Below, piece after piece: positions 1 through 9,207 of a DNA stretch of 64,000 nucleotides. The stretch spans positions 299,914-363,913 of the forward strand of contig JBBTVD010000006.1 in NCBI GenBank assembly GCA_038063415.1, read 5' to 3'. The notes under the pieces are model-generated. The model saw only the letters and a program-made list of their open reading frames with translations, had not been told where the DNA came from and searched no databases. The DNA is from Patescibacteria group bacterium. Lineage in GTDB: Bacteria > Patescibacteriota > Microgenomatia > Levybacterales > UBA12049. The position numbers and the translations under genes were made by a program. Each line of letters starts with the position of its first letter. Within the stretch, counting starts at the first letter, position 1.

Positions 1-238
1 GGCTCCAAAGCTCATATTCCGCTTTGGTCTTGGCTCCTGAATTTTTCCAACGGGGATCGTCTTTTGCGGATATCTTTTTGCGAACAATTGTATCGACCAA
101 TGTTGGTGATTCCCATTGAGAAAAATATGGAATATTTTTATGGAGGAATGATATTTTTTGTGGCTTGTAAAAGAAACGATATAAAGACTTTTTAAGAATA
201 AGCAATAGCACATTCTTATAAGTACGAATCTCTCTCAT
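1..238 (-). CDS. 5' part of a gene running off the window; possibly C39-peptidase-like
   Basis: Manual translation from ATG 238 is open to base 1: MREIRTYKNVLL...NIPYFSQWES...DDPRWKNSGAKTKAEYELWS. PYFSQ resembles C39-like N-termini. Confidence 0.45.
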   Translation of the reverse strand, partial: MREIRTYKNVLLLILKKSLYRFFYKPQKISFLHKNIPYFSQWESPTLVDTIVRKKISAKDDPRWKNSGAKTKAEYELWS

Positions 239-357
239 GAATCATAGTATAACATGCTCAATCCTACTCATCCCCAAACAGAAAAATGTTGAAAAGGACT
301 GATAAATCAATCTTTTTAAGACAAACACATCACTAGTGCGTTTGAGTGCACCAGAAA

Positions 358-386
358 TTGACATCACTGGTGTAACGAGCTATACT
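358..386 (+). promoter_or_regulatory. sigma70 promoter, probably leaderless
   Basis: TTGACA-17 nt-TATACT; ATG follows 7 nt later at 394. Confidence 0.75.
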
Positions 387-393
387 TATAAAT

Positions 394-1827
394 ATGACAA
401 TAGAAAAAAAAGAGCAATTAATTAGATTTCTTCAAGAACAAATCGCCCAAGCAGATTTTAAAGCAAAAGCATACGTTTTTGATGAAAAAAATAAAAAGCA
501 TCCTACGCGCAATTGTTTTATAAAATTACAAAAGTATGTTGATGACTTTCTAGAAGGTAATGCCGCTGCACGATGGCTTATTCTTTCTGGGTTTCGTGGA
601 GTCGGAAAAACAACCTTACTTTCACAATTGTATTTTGGAAACGCAAATCCCGAAATAAACCGACTCTATTTATCAGTAGACCAGGTTACTCAAATGTTGG
701 GAGTTACTTTAGAAGAAATACTTCTTGCATATGAGGAACTTTTAGGCACAGTCTTTGAAAGACTTGATAAGCCAACACTTCTTTTTTTGGATGAAATCCA
801 GTATGACAAGAAATGGGCAATTACACTTAAAACGATGATTTTCGATCGATCTCCAAAAATTTTCATTGTAGCAACAGGATCTTCTGCACTATCACTTCAA
901 AGTAACCCAGATGTGGCAAGACGAGCTCTATCAGAAACTGTTTTCCCAATGAGTTTTACTGAATATATGAAAATCAAAGACGGAAAGTATGAAATTAAAG
1001 GACTATCAAATCAAATTAGAAATGCTCTCTTTGAATCGAACTCAGCAGAAGATGTTTATAATAACCTAAAAGAAACAGAACAATCAGTAAGAAAGTATTG
1101 GACTGGAATTGGAAGACTTGAAGTTGATACATATATGAAATATGGAACATTACCTTTTGGTATAAGGCTACAAAATGAAGGATTAGTGTATGATCAAATT
1201 AAGAAAATTCTGGATCGTGTCATAAGTATGGATATTGCAGAATTGTCTCAATTTAAAACAGAGATAATTTCTCGTATTCCTGAGATTCTTTATGCAGTTG
1301 CAGCAGCTGATGGACTCAGTGTAACAAATCTCGCAAAAGATTTAAGCCTAAATAAAAGAACTGTTATTGATATCTTATCAGCCTTGGAAAAATCAGAGAT
1401 CCTCGTAAGAATCTATCCCTATGGCGCCCATGCCTCGCAGGTAAGGAAACCTTCTAAATATCTTTTTGCCTCTCCTGCTTTCAGATCTATGTATTACAAT
1501 TTTATCGGCAGCATTATTGCCGAACCATCATATATGGGTAAACTCTTAGAAGATACTGTTGGTTTTTATCTCACCAGATACTTTACAGGAAAGAGTTACT
1601 CCCTTACCTATGATAGCTCTCAATCAGGAGCAGATTTTATTGTAAGAAAGGGATTACAAAATATTATCTTAGAAGCGGGCTATGGCAAAAAAGGGTTTGC
1701 ACAAATTGAAAATACCAGAAACAGAGTCAATGCAAAATATGGGATTGTGGCTTCTATGTCTCCTCTACAACTTAACCCTCAAAAAAATGCAGTTACAGTT
1801 CCGCTGTCATACTTCCTTCTTATTTAA
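394..1827 (+). CDS. AAA+ ATPase (AAA_14/DUF4143 type) with wHTH-like region
   Basis: Walker A GFRGVGKTT, Walker B LFLDEIQ, ATGSS motif, C-terminal ADFIV..EA nuclease-like motif. Confidence 0.85.
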   Translation: MTIEKKEQLIRFLQEQIAQADFKAKAYVFDEKNKKHPTRNCFIKLQKYVDDFLEGNAAARWLILSGFRGVGKTTLLSQLYFGNANPEINRLYLSVDQVTQMLGVTLEEILLAYEELLGTVFERLDKPTLLFLDEIQYDKKWAITLKTMIFDRSPKIFIVATGSSALSLQSNPDVARRALSETVFPMSFTEYMKIKDGKYEIKGLSNQIRNALFESNSAEDVYNNLKETEQSVRKYWTGIGRLEVDTYMKYGTLPFGIRLQNEGLVYDQIKKILDRVISMDIAELSQFKTEIISRIPEILYAVAAADGLSVTNLAKDLSLNKRTVIDILSALEKSEILVRIYPYGAHASQVRKPSKYLFASPAFRSMYYNFIGSIIAEPSYMGKLLEDTVGFYLTRYFTGKSYSLTYDSSQSGADFIVRKGLQNIILEAGYGKKGFAQIENTRNRVNAKYGIVASMSPLQLNPQKNAVTVPLSYFLLI

Positions 1828-1842
1828 GATGATGGAGTGTTA

Positions 1843-3957
1843 TTATTCTACTCGTCCAGTAAAGGTTGATTTGGCAAGCATAGCTTCAACAATATTCTTT
1901 GGCACTTCTTCGTAATGCGAAGGCTCCATATAATAATTTGCTCGGCCTTGTGTCAGACTTCGAAGGCTCGTTGCATACCCTGAAAGCTCAGACAGTGGCA
2001 CCATAGCAAGGACAATGGTTGCAGTTCCACGCTCTTCCGTTCCCATAATCTGTGCACGTTTGGAAGAAAGATCTCCAATAACTTCACCCATATACTCTGA
2101 TGGAGTCGTAACTTCTACCTTCATAACAGGTTCAAGAAGTGACATTGGTGCTTTTTTGGAAGCTGCTTGGAGTGCTTGACTCGCTGCAATCTTAAAAGCA
2201 ACTTCACTTGAATCAACATCGTGGTAAGAACCGTCATAACACGTCACTTTGACATCAACAACTGGATAACCGAGCATAATACCATTTTCTAGTGTTTCCT
2301 GAGCACCTTTTGCAACAGCTTTGATAAATTCGGCAGGGATAGCTCCTCCTTTGATTGCATCAACAAACTCATAGCCTTCACCACGAGCTTTTGGTGTAAC
2401 TCTCAGGAAACAATGACCATATTGTCCTCGTCCACCCGATTGACGGATGTATTTACCTTCTGCTTCAATTTCTGTCGTAAAAGCTTCTTTGTACGCAACC
2501 TGAGGAGCACCAACATTTGCTTCGACATTAAACTCACGCTTCATACGATCAACCATAATTTCAAGCTGGAGTTCGCCAATACCTGAGATAATAGTTTGAT
2601 TGGTTTCGTGATTAACTTTGACCCGGAAGGTAGGATCTTCTTCTTGGAGCCTCTTGAGTGAATAGCCAAGTCGTTCCTGATCTGATTTGGTCTTTGGTTC
2701 AATAGCAAGTGAGATAACTGGATCAGGGAATGAAATCTGTTCAAGCACAATTGGCTTCGCATCATCACAAAGAGTGTCACCAGTGATTGTTTCTTTGAGT
2801 CCAACAATCGCCACAATTTCTCCAGCATAAGCTTCTTGGATTTCTTCACGCTGGTTTGCATGCATCAAAAGGAGACGTCCGATACGCTCTTTGGCATCTT
2901 TGTTGGCGTTGTAGACGTAAGAACCTGAAGTAAGTTTCCCTGAGTACACGCGGAAATAGGTGATCTTTCCGACATGTGGATCATTTTGGATCTTAAAGGC
3001 AAGTCCAGCAAAAGCCTCATCTGGTACCAGTTTACGAACTTCTTCAGCTTCAGTCTTTGGATTAATCCCTTTTACTTCATCCAGATCAACTGGAGATGGA
3101 AGATAATCAACAACCGCATCAAGCAGAGGCTGTACACCTTTGTTACGAAGAGACGTTCCAGCGTACATTGGGACAAGCTTGTAGGCAATAACGGCTGCAC
3201 GAAGCGCTTTTTTGAGCTCTTCAACAGTTGGCTCTTCTCCACTCAGATATCTTTCAAGAAGTTCATCATCGGTCTCACAGATCTTCTCGATCAACTTGTT
3301 GCGGTATTCTTCAACTTGCTCCTTCATGTCTTCTGGAACTTCATCTGAGATATCAAATTTTGCCCCAAGACCATCTGATTCCCACGTAATAGATTTACGG
3401 GTAAGGAGATCAACGTTTCCTGTGTAGGTATTTTCTGCACCAATTGGGAGCACCATGATAGCTGGATTTGCTCCAAGTCGGTCAACCACTGATTGTACTG
3501 TCGCGAGGAAATCAGCACCGAGTTTATCCATTTTGTTGATGAAACAGAGTCGTGGTTCTTTGTATTTGTAAGCTTGACGCCAGACAGTTTCGGATTGGGA
3601 CTGTACTCCTTCTTCAGCATCAAGTACTGTGATACCTCCGTCAAGCACACGCAGTGATCGCTCTACTTCAGCGGTGAAGTCAACGTGTCCGGGGGTATCG
3701 ATAATATTAATACGGTAGTCATTCCAGAACGCTGTGGTTGCCGCAGATACAATGGTAATACCTCGCTCTTTCTCTTGCTCCATCCAGTCCATTTGGGTAT
3801 TTCCTTCGTCAATATCTCCAATTTTGTAGGTTCGCCCGGTGTAGTAGAGAATACGCTCAGTCGTGGTAGTTTTTCCTGCGTCAATGTGGGCAATAATCCC
3901 GATATTTCGGATCTTATCGAGTGGAAAGTTTCTATTGGTTGTTGTTGCTTGCGCCAT
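1843..3957 (-). CDS. fusA: Elongation factor G
   Basis: IRNIGIIAHIDAGKTTTTERIL, DTPGHVDF, NKMD, RQSGGRGQYGH; probable ATG at 3957. Confidence 0.98.
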   Translation of the reverse strand: MAQATTTNRNFPLDKIRNIGIIAHIDAGKTTTTERILYYTGRTYKIGDIDEGNTQMDWMEQEKERGITIVSAATTAFWNDYRINIIDTPGHVDFTAEVERSLRVLDGGITVLDAEEGVQSQSETVWRQAYKYKEPRLCFINKMDKLGADFLATVQSVVDRLGANPAIMVLPIGAENTYTGNVDLLTRKSITWESDGLGAKFDISDEVPEDMKEQVEEYRNKLIEKICETDDELLERYLSGEEPTVEELKKALRAAVIAYKLVPMYAGTSLRNKGVQPLLDAVVDYLPSPVDLDEVKGINPKTEAEEVRKLVPDEAFAGLAFKIQNDPHVGKITYFRVYSGKLTSGSYVYNANKDAKERIGRLLLMHANQREEIQEAYAGEIVAIVGLKETITGDTLCDDAKPIVLEQISFPDPVISLAIEPKTKSDQERLGYSLKRLQEEDPTFRVKVNHETNQTIISGIGELQLEIMVDRMKREFNVEANVGAPQVAYKEAFTTEIEAEGKYIRQSGGRGQYGHCFLRVTPKARGEGYEFVDAIKGGAIPAEFIKAVAKGAQETLENGIMLGYPVVDVKVTCYDGSYHDVDSSEVAFKIAASQALQAASKKAPMSLLEPVMKVEVTTPSEYMGEVIGDLSSKRAQIMGTEERGTATIVLAMVPLSELSGYATSLRSLTQGRANYYMEPSHYEEVPKNIVEAMLAKSTFTGRVE

Positions 3958-4089
3958 AAGATAAAAAAAGTTAAAAACGCCAAAGAGCACTTTTAACTCT
4001 CAAGAGTATACCATAGTACTGCGCATTTTTGCTAGATGAAAAAAACTCAGTTGTTGACAATCCCATAGTTAGTGATATACTCCAAAGCT

Positions 4090-4428
4090 ATGCCAGAAAA
4101 ACTACGTTTTATTAAAGGATTGGAAAAAAGCTTAGACAGAATACGTCAAGCAGAAGCTCCACGGGGTATAACAATCTTCTCAAGAGGCTTACTAGCCATA
4201 ACTGGAGCGGGAGCAATGCTTACCGAAGATGGCGCATTAGATCTTGCGGGTGCATCAGTAGTAGCACTATCCACCGTAAATACTTCACAAAAGACGAAAC
4301 TAGCTAGTGGGCTTTTCCTCGTAGCCGCAGGTATAGTAGAAAAAAATGCCTCATCAGTTACTGCAGGTATTGCTGTTGCTGGTCAGACAGTGGGTGATAA
4401 AATAAGAAATTTACAAGGTCGTAAATAA
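4090..4428 (+). CDS. Hypothetical hydrophobic protein
   Basis: ORF preceded by TTGACA-16-TATACT (4054-4081). Confidence 0.6.
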   Translation: MPEKLRFIKGLEKSLDRIRQAEAPRGITIFSRGLLAITGAGAMLTEDGALDLAGASVVALSTVNTSQKTKLASGLFLVAAGIVEKNASSVTAGIAVAGQTVGDKIRNLQGRK

Positions 4429-4536
4429 ATCAAACAGCCTAAAATTTGTTTCTTTTTTAAACTAGATTCTTTGACTTTTATCCCCAAAACCCATACACTA
4501 AAATGAAGCCGCGGAGTCTCTTGTGGCCGTTTGTTT

Positions 4537-5145
4537 ATGGCAAAAGACATGCACTCTATCAACCTGCTGCCCAATAAGGGGGAGAGCTTGTTTACCCAAT
4601 TTCTCAGTTGGGGACTGAGTATTGGAAGACTACTGATTATTCTGACCGAGACAGTAGCACTAGGTACATTCCTCTATCGTTTTTCCCTTGATATGCGGAT
4701 TGTTGACCTGCATGACGAGATCAAGATTCAAAGCTTTATCGTGAGAAATTTTGCAGCCTCCGAAGAAAAGTTTCGTAATGTACAGGAACGCATTGCTCTG
4801 GCACGACTCTACAGTGAGCAATCAGACGTTACCCCGACAGTCTTTCAAGGCATTACCGATATGGGACGAGGCAAGGTAACGTTTAAGGATCTTGCAGTCG
4901 GGAATGATCGGGTCAAAATTGAGATAGAATCCCCTTCTTCTTCAAAGCTCAGACAATTTGTTGATCAGCTAAGTGCTTATCCTGAACTTACTGAGATCAG
5001 TATCGATAAAGTAGAAAATAAGCCGGCAAATGCGGTTATTGCCGTAACCATTACGGCTCTTTTGACAGATATTCAACCAACCCAAGAACCACAAGCATCA
5101 GTGAGACAAATACCAGGACAAGGTATACAAAATACTGAATTATGA
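4537..5145 (+). CDS. pilN: PilN-like type IV pilus alignment protein
   Basis: N-terminal INLLP motif followed by a TM helix; overlaps the pilO-like gene. Confidence 0.8.
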   Translation: MAKDMHSINLLPNKGESLFTQFLSWGLSIGRLLIILTETVALGTFLYRFSLDMRIVDLHDEIKIQSFIVRNFAASEEKFRNVQERIALARLYSEQSDVTPTVFQGITDMGRGKVTFKDLAVGNDRVKIEIESPSSSKLRQFVDQLSAYPELTEISIDKVENKPANAVIAVTITALLTDIQPTQEPQASVRQIPGQGIQNTEL

Positions 5146-5762
5146 AACTACCAACCCATTATTTTGAAGACTTATCAGCACGTCGCTATCGTGAATATCT
5201 CAAGCTTCTTCCTGATTTCCATAAGGAGAACACAAAGCTACTCACCATGCTTATTTTTACCTTTCTTGCGATGTCGTTCTTTGGTATCTTTGCCATAAAT
5301 CCCACTCTTACAACTATCGTTGAGTTGCAAAAGCAATTACAAGATAGCGAATTTACCGTTGAACAGTTACGAACAAAAATTAATAATCTTAGTAGTCTTC
5401 AACAGCAATATGCACAAATTGAATCTGATCTTTCACTCGTGAGTGCTGCCATTCCGGAGAATGCAGATGTACCAATCGCAACAGGACAGATTCGTGCATT
5501 GGCAAAAGAACATAAGATTACGATTACGAATCTTCGTGTCAATGAAGTACTGCTTGCCTCTCCCAAACTGCACGATGCACAGATCGCTTCTTTTGTCTTC
5601 ACTATGGAAGCAAGTGGAGCGTACGAAGATATGATGCAATTTTCAAATGCGCTTACCAAACTTCGCAGGATCATTACCATTGACTCGTTGGCTATTGGGA
5701 AAGACACGCAAAGCAATAATTTACTGTTGCAAATACGAGGAAGGGAGTATTTCAAAAAATGA
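5142..5762 (+). CDS. pilO: PilO-like type IV pilus protein
   Basis: TM helix, coiled coil, then G-x-Y...F...L..L.R.I.I PilO pattern; follows pilN. Confidence 0.85.
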   Translation: MKLPTHYFEDLSARRYREYLKLLPDFHKENTKLLTMLIFTFLAMSFFGIFAINPTLTTIVELQKQLQDSEFTVEQLRTKINNLSSLQQQYAQIESDLSLVSAAIPENADVPIATGQIRALAKEHKITITNLRVNEVLLASPKLHDAQIASFVFTMEASGAYEDMMQFSNALTKLRRIITIDSLAIGKDTQSNNLLLQIRGREYFKK

Positions 5763-6187
5763 AACGTCAAAAAGTAACACGAACTGATGTCTTATTCTTA
5801 AGTATTTCTGTCTTTATTGTGGTTTGTGCATGGATTGGGTTTAATATTTATCACAGTTGGGTCACAACAACCATCACCCCTGAACTCCAACAACAGATTA
5901 TCCCGATTGAAGCAAGTTTTGATACACAAACGATTAATGCACTGCGCAGTCGACAAGAGCTACAAGCATTAATGGATGCAGATCAACGCGCTGTTGCGGT
6001 AACACCAACAGCGGTACCACAGCCAAATAACATACAGCCAACCTTTTCCTTTTCGCAACCAAATACAACCGTAAGTCCACTACCAACAATTGCAACCTCT
6101 CCCGCTCCAACAGCGGAACAACAACCCATTGAAGTTGAGCAACCATCAGAAGACGAACAGACATTTGAAACCATTCAAGGACAATGA
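5759..6187 (+). CDS. Single-TM protein with Pro/Thr-rich tail, in the pil cluster
   Basis: ATGA coupling at both ends; N-terminal TM helix. Confidence 0.7.
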   Translation: MKRQKVTRTDVLFLSISVFIVVCAWIGFNIYHSWVTTTITPELQQQIIPIEASFDTQTINALRSRQELQALMDADQRAVAVTPTAVPQPNNIQPTFSFSQPNTTVSPLPTIATSPAPTAEQQPIEVEQPSEDEQTFETIQGQ

Positions 6188-7557
6188 GAGATCAAAAACA
6201 AAGCATATGGAACCAACGACTTCCCTCGTTTTTGGGAGTACTTGTGTTGCTTGTTTCTATCACTACTATTTTATGGCTGAGTCGAAACGCTGTGCTTTTT
6301 GGAACGCAAGCTGCAATAAGTAACACACCGCAAAAATTACAGATCAGCAATATTACTGATACTTCCTTTACCGTCTCCTATATAACAGAAGCCAAAGTAA
6401 TTGGTGCACTTGCCTATGGTCAAGATGCATCATTCGGAACGGTTAGTCAGGATGATCGAGACAAAACTGGGACACCAACAGAACATCGAGTCCATAGCAT
6501 GATAGTCTCGAGTCTAACTCCTGGAACTACCTATTTCTTTGCAATTGCTTCAGGGACAGAAACGTTTCTTGATCAAGGAAAACCCTATACGGTAACAACA
6601 GCTCGTACTGCTGGGACAAATAACGCAGATGCTCTGATGGCCAAAGGAAAGGTTACGCTTGCAGATGGATCTCTCCCCCTTGAAGGGATTGCGTATGTCT
6701 TTACACCAGAGTCGCAATTACTTTCAGGCATTATCCAGCCAGATGGTTCCTATAGCATTCCGCTAGGAACGCTGAGGACAAAAGACCTTGCAGGATTTGT
6801 AGCTATTACTCCGCAAGCCAACCTAAGCTTGATCGCAACAAATGGCACAGAAGAGTCGACGGTTTCAGTTCTGGGTGATCAAATTGATCCTATCCCGCCC
6901 GTTGTCTTATCAAAAACCTATGATTTCGCACTTGATGATACAAATGATAATGAAGCAACAATAGCAGCAACTACCGAAATTACCGCCTTCCCAACGGTTG
7001 AAGATACCGCCGAGGCAAAGCCACAAATTATTGCTCCACGAGAAGATGCAGAATTGCGCGATCCTCAGCCAATCTTCCGCGGAAAAGCGCTGCCCAATGA
7101 AACGGTTACGATCACTATTCAATCTGACCCAATTACGGTTACCGTAACAGCAGATGAAACCGGTAGTTGGGAATTTAGGCCAGAAGCACCCATTGAACCT
7201 GGTGAACATACCGTAACTATCGAAACGAAAAGTGATGTAGGACTTCTTGAAACGATAACCAATAGCTTCACCGTATTTGCGGAAGGAAGTGAGTTTATCG
7301 AACCATCTGTTGAGCCATCTATTTCTCCGACAAAAGCGCCGACAGCAACGCCAACACAGCAACCTTCACCATCCCCTTTACCAACAAAGGTCATAACGCC
7401 GTCGCCAACACAACAAATAACACAAGGACCAACTGTACAACCAACAGCTGGGCCAACAGTCGTTCCGGCTGGAAGTAGTGCAGTAATAACGGGAGTAGCT
7501 GTGACGGGTTTTCTTGCCACCATTGGCATGCTACTCTTTTTCTTCGCAATCGGGTAA
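6184..7557 (+). CDS. Surface protein with FN3-like and Ig-like domains, PT linker and C-terminal TM anchor
   Basis: ISNITDTSFTVSY...LTPGTTYFF (FN3); PIFRGKALPN..ADETGSW (Ig-like); Pro/Thr linker. Confidence 0.8.
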   Translation: MRDQKQSIWNQRLPSFLGVLVLLVSITTILWLSRNAVLFGTQAAISNTPQKLQISNITDTSFTVSYITEAKVIGALAYGQDASFGTVSQDDRDKTGTPTEHRVHSMIVSSLTPGTTYFFAIASGTETFLDQGKPYTVTTARTAGTNNADALMAKGKVTLADGSLPLEGIAYVFTPESQLLSGIIQPDGSYSIPLGTLRTKDLAGFVAITPQANLSLIATNGTEESTVSVLGDQIDPIPPVVLSKTYDFALDDTNDNEATIAATTEITAFPTVEDTAEAKPQIIAPREDAELRDPQPIFRGKALPNETVTITIQSDPITVTVTADETGSWEFRPEAPIEPGEHTVTIETKSDVGLLETITNSFTVFAEGSEFIEPSVEPSISPTKAPTATPTQQPSPSPLPTKVITPSPTQQITQGPTVQPTAGPTVVPAGSSAVITGVAVTGFLATIGMLLFFFAIG

Positions 7558-7566
7558 AATAGAAAA

Positions 7567-8853
7567 ATGAAGATTGCAATTATTGGTGCCGGATTTACCG
7601 GGCTTTCAGCAGCCTATCGACTAACCAAAAAAGGTCATCAGGTTACCGTTTTTGAAAAAGACGAGTTACCTGGAGGACTTGCTATTGGCTATCAAGAGAA
7701 AGGCTGGGAATGGTCTCTTGAAAAGCATTATCATCACTGGTTTACCAATGATCCCTTTATCCTCGGACTGGCAAAGGAGATAGGCTTCCCAGTGCTTACC
7801 AAACGACCAAAAGCATCAGTTTATGTAAACAATAAAATCTATCAACTTGATTCTCCCATGGCACTGCTTACTTTCCCGGAGCTTCCTCTCATTGATCGAT
7901 TACGTATGGCAGTAATCTTTGCCGTACTTCGACTTAACCCTCTTTGGCAGCCGTTGGAAAAAATTAATGCCAATACGTTTCTTACCACCTATATGGGTAA
8001 AAAAGCCTATGGTATGCTATGGGAACCGCAGCTCCGCAACAAAATGGGTAAGTATGCTGACGATATCTCACTCGTATGGTTTTGGAGTCGCGTAAGCAAG
8101 CGTACACCTTCGCTTGCCTATCCAAAAGGGGGCTTTCTCTCCTTTGCCAATGCTGTTGTTGCAACAATTGAAAAAAATGGGAGTAAAGTCATTTATAATG
8201 CCGAAACGCAAGAAATTACCGATGGAGAAAAGGTTCGCATCAAAAGTAAAATCAATGGAAAAAGCAAAACTGAGACATTCGATCGAGTTATCGTTACCCT
8301 GCCTTCTTTCCTTTTTCTCAAGATGACCCCACAGCTGCCTGCAAGTTATACAAAAAAATTAGTTCGGCTTCGCGGGCTTGCGGCGACCAATATGGTGCTA
8401 CGTTTAAAGAAACCATTTTTGCCAAATGACACCTATTGGCTCAGCATCTGCAAACACAATTCTCCCGTTATGGTACTTGTCGAGCATACCAATATGATCG
8501 ATAAAAAATATTATAATAACGAACATCTTTTGTATATCGGTAATTATCCGGAACGGGATAGTGAACTATTTAATAAAACGAAAGAGCAAACGCTTGCGTA
8601 TTATCACAAATTTCTTGAAGAAATTCATCCAGGGTATAAAAAAGACATTATCGGCTATGAACTCTTTAAAGCTCCCTTTGGACAACCAATTGTCCCGGTG
8701 AACTATTCAAAGCTTATTCCTCCTATGCAGACGCCTTTGCCACATGTCTTCCTGGCAAATATCGAACAAGTCTACCCACATGATCGGGGGACAAACTATG
8801 CTGTTGAGCTAGGAGAGAAGGTTGCAAGGTTAGTTGAACATGAAAATAGATAA
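7567..8853 (+). CDS. FAD-dependent oxidoreductase (amine oxidase/protoporphyrinogen oxidase-like)
   Basis: MKIAIIGAGFTGLSAA Rossmann motif, GGLA, C-terminal YPHDRGTNYAV. Confidence 0.85.
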   Translation: MKIAIIGAGFTGLSAAYRLTKKGHQVTVFEKDELPGGLAIGYQEKGWEWSLEKHYHHWFTNDPFILGLAKEIGFPVLTKRPKASVYVNNKIYQLDSPMALLTFPELPLIDRLRMAVIFAVLRLNPLWQPLEKINANTFLTTYMGKKAYGMLWEPQLRNKMGKYADDISLVWFWSRVSKRTPSLAYPKGGFLSFANAVVATIEKNGSKVIYNAETQEITDGEKVRIKSKINGKSKTETFDRVIVTLPSFLFLKMTPQLPASYTKKLVRLRGLAATNMVLRLKKPFLPNDTYWLSICKHNSPVMVLVEHTNMIDKKYYNNEHLLYIGNYPERDSELFNKTKEQTLAYYHKFLEEIHPGYKKDIIGYELFKAPFGQPIVPVNYSKLIPPMQTPLPHVFLANIEQVYPHDRGTNYAVELGEKVARLVEHENR

Positions 8854-9046
8854 AAAACTGGCAAAAATTCTTTCAAACTTTTATGCAGATCTTGCAAAAG
8901 CATATTTTATCGGAACATTCATTACACCGATACTGAATGGAATTTCTTCACTAAACGAATTTGCGTGGATCTTGACTAAGGGATTACTCAGTGTTATCCT
9001 TCTATTACTCATTGCTTGGCGTTTTGCAAAAGTTGATGAAGTATAA
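8840..9046 (+). CDS. Small two-TM membrane protein
   Basis: 68-aa ORF with two hydrophobic segments, overlapping the upstream stop. Confidence 0.55.
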   Translation: MKIDKKLAKILSNFYADLAKAYFIGTFITPILNGISSLNEFAWILTKGLLSVILLLLIAWRFAKVDEV

Positions 9047-9048
9047 GT

Positions 9049-9177
9049 ATGAATTGGCTTGATGTTTTTAATTCTGGAGTAATTTTTGCTTTACTTGCTG
9101 TCATTGCAGGAGCACTGTTACTCTTGGTCGCTAAAAAACAATCTAAAGAATCTCACACAAAATCTTCCAAAAGATAA
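9049..9177 (+). CDS. 42-aa single-TM protein, absent from the ORF track
   Basis: MNWLDVFNSGVIFALLAVIAGALLLLVAKKQSKESHTKSSKR*; starts 2 nt after the previous stop. Confidence 0.5.
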   Translation: MNWLDVFNSGVIFALLAVIAGALLLLVAKKQSKESHTKSSKR

Positions 9178-9207
9178 TCGACTACTGTTACAATAAAAAG
9201 TACTTGT

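Noticed and set aside
9109-9124. TGTCATTGCAGGAG as another tagged element
   Set aside because: There is no matching second arm; it fits the hydrophobic codons of the small ORF.
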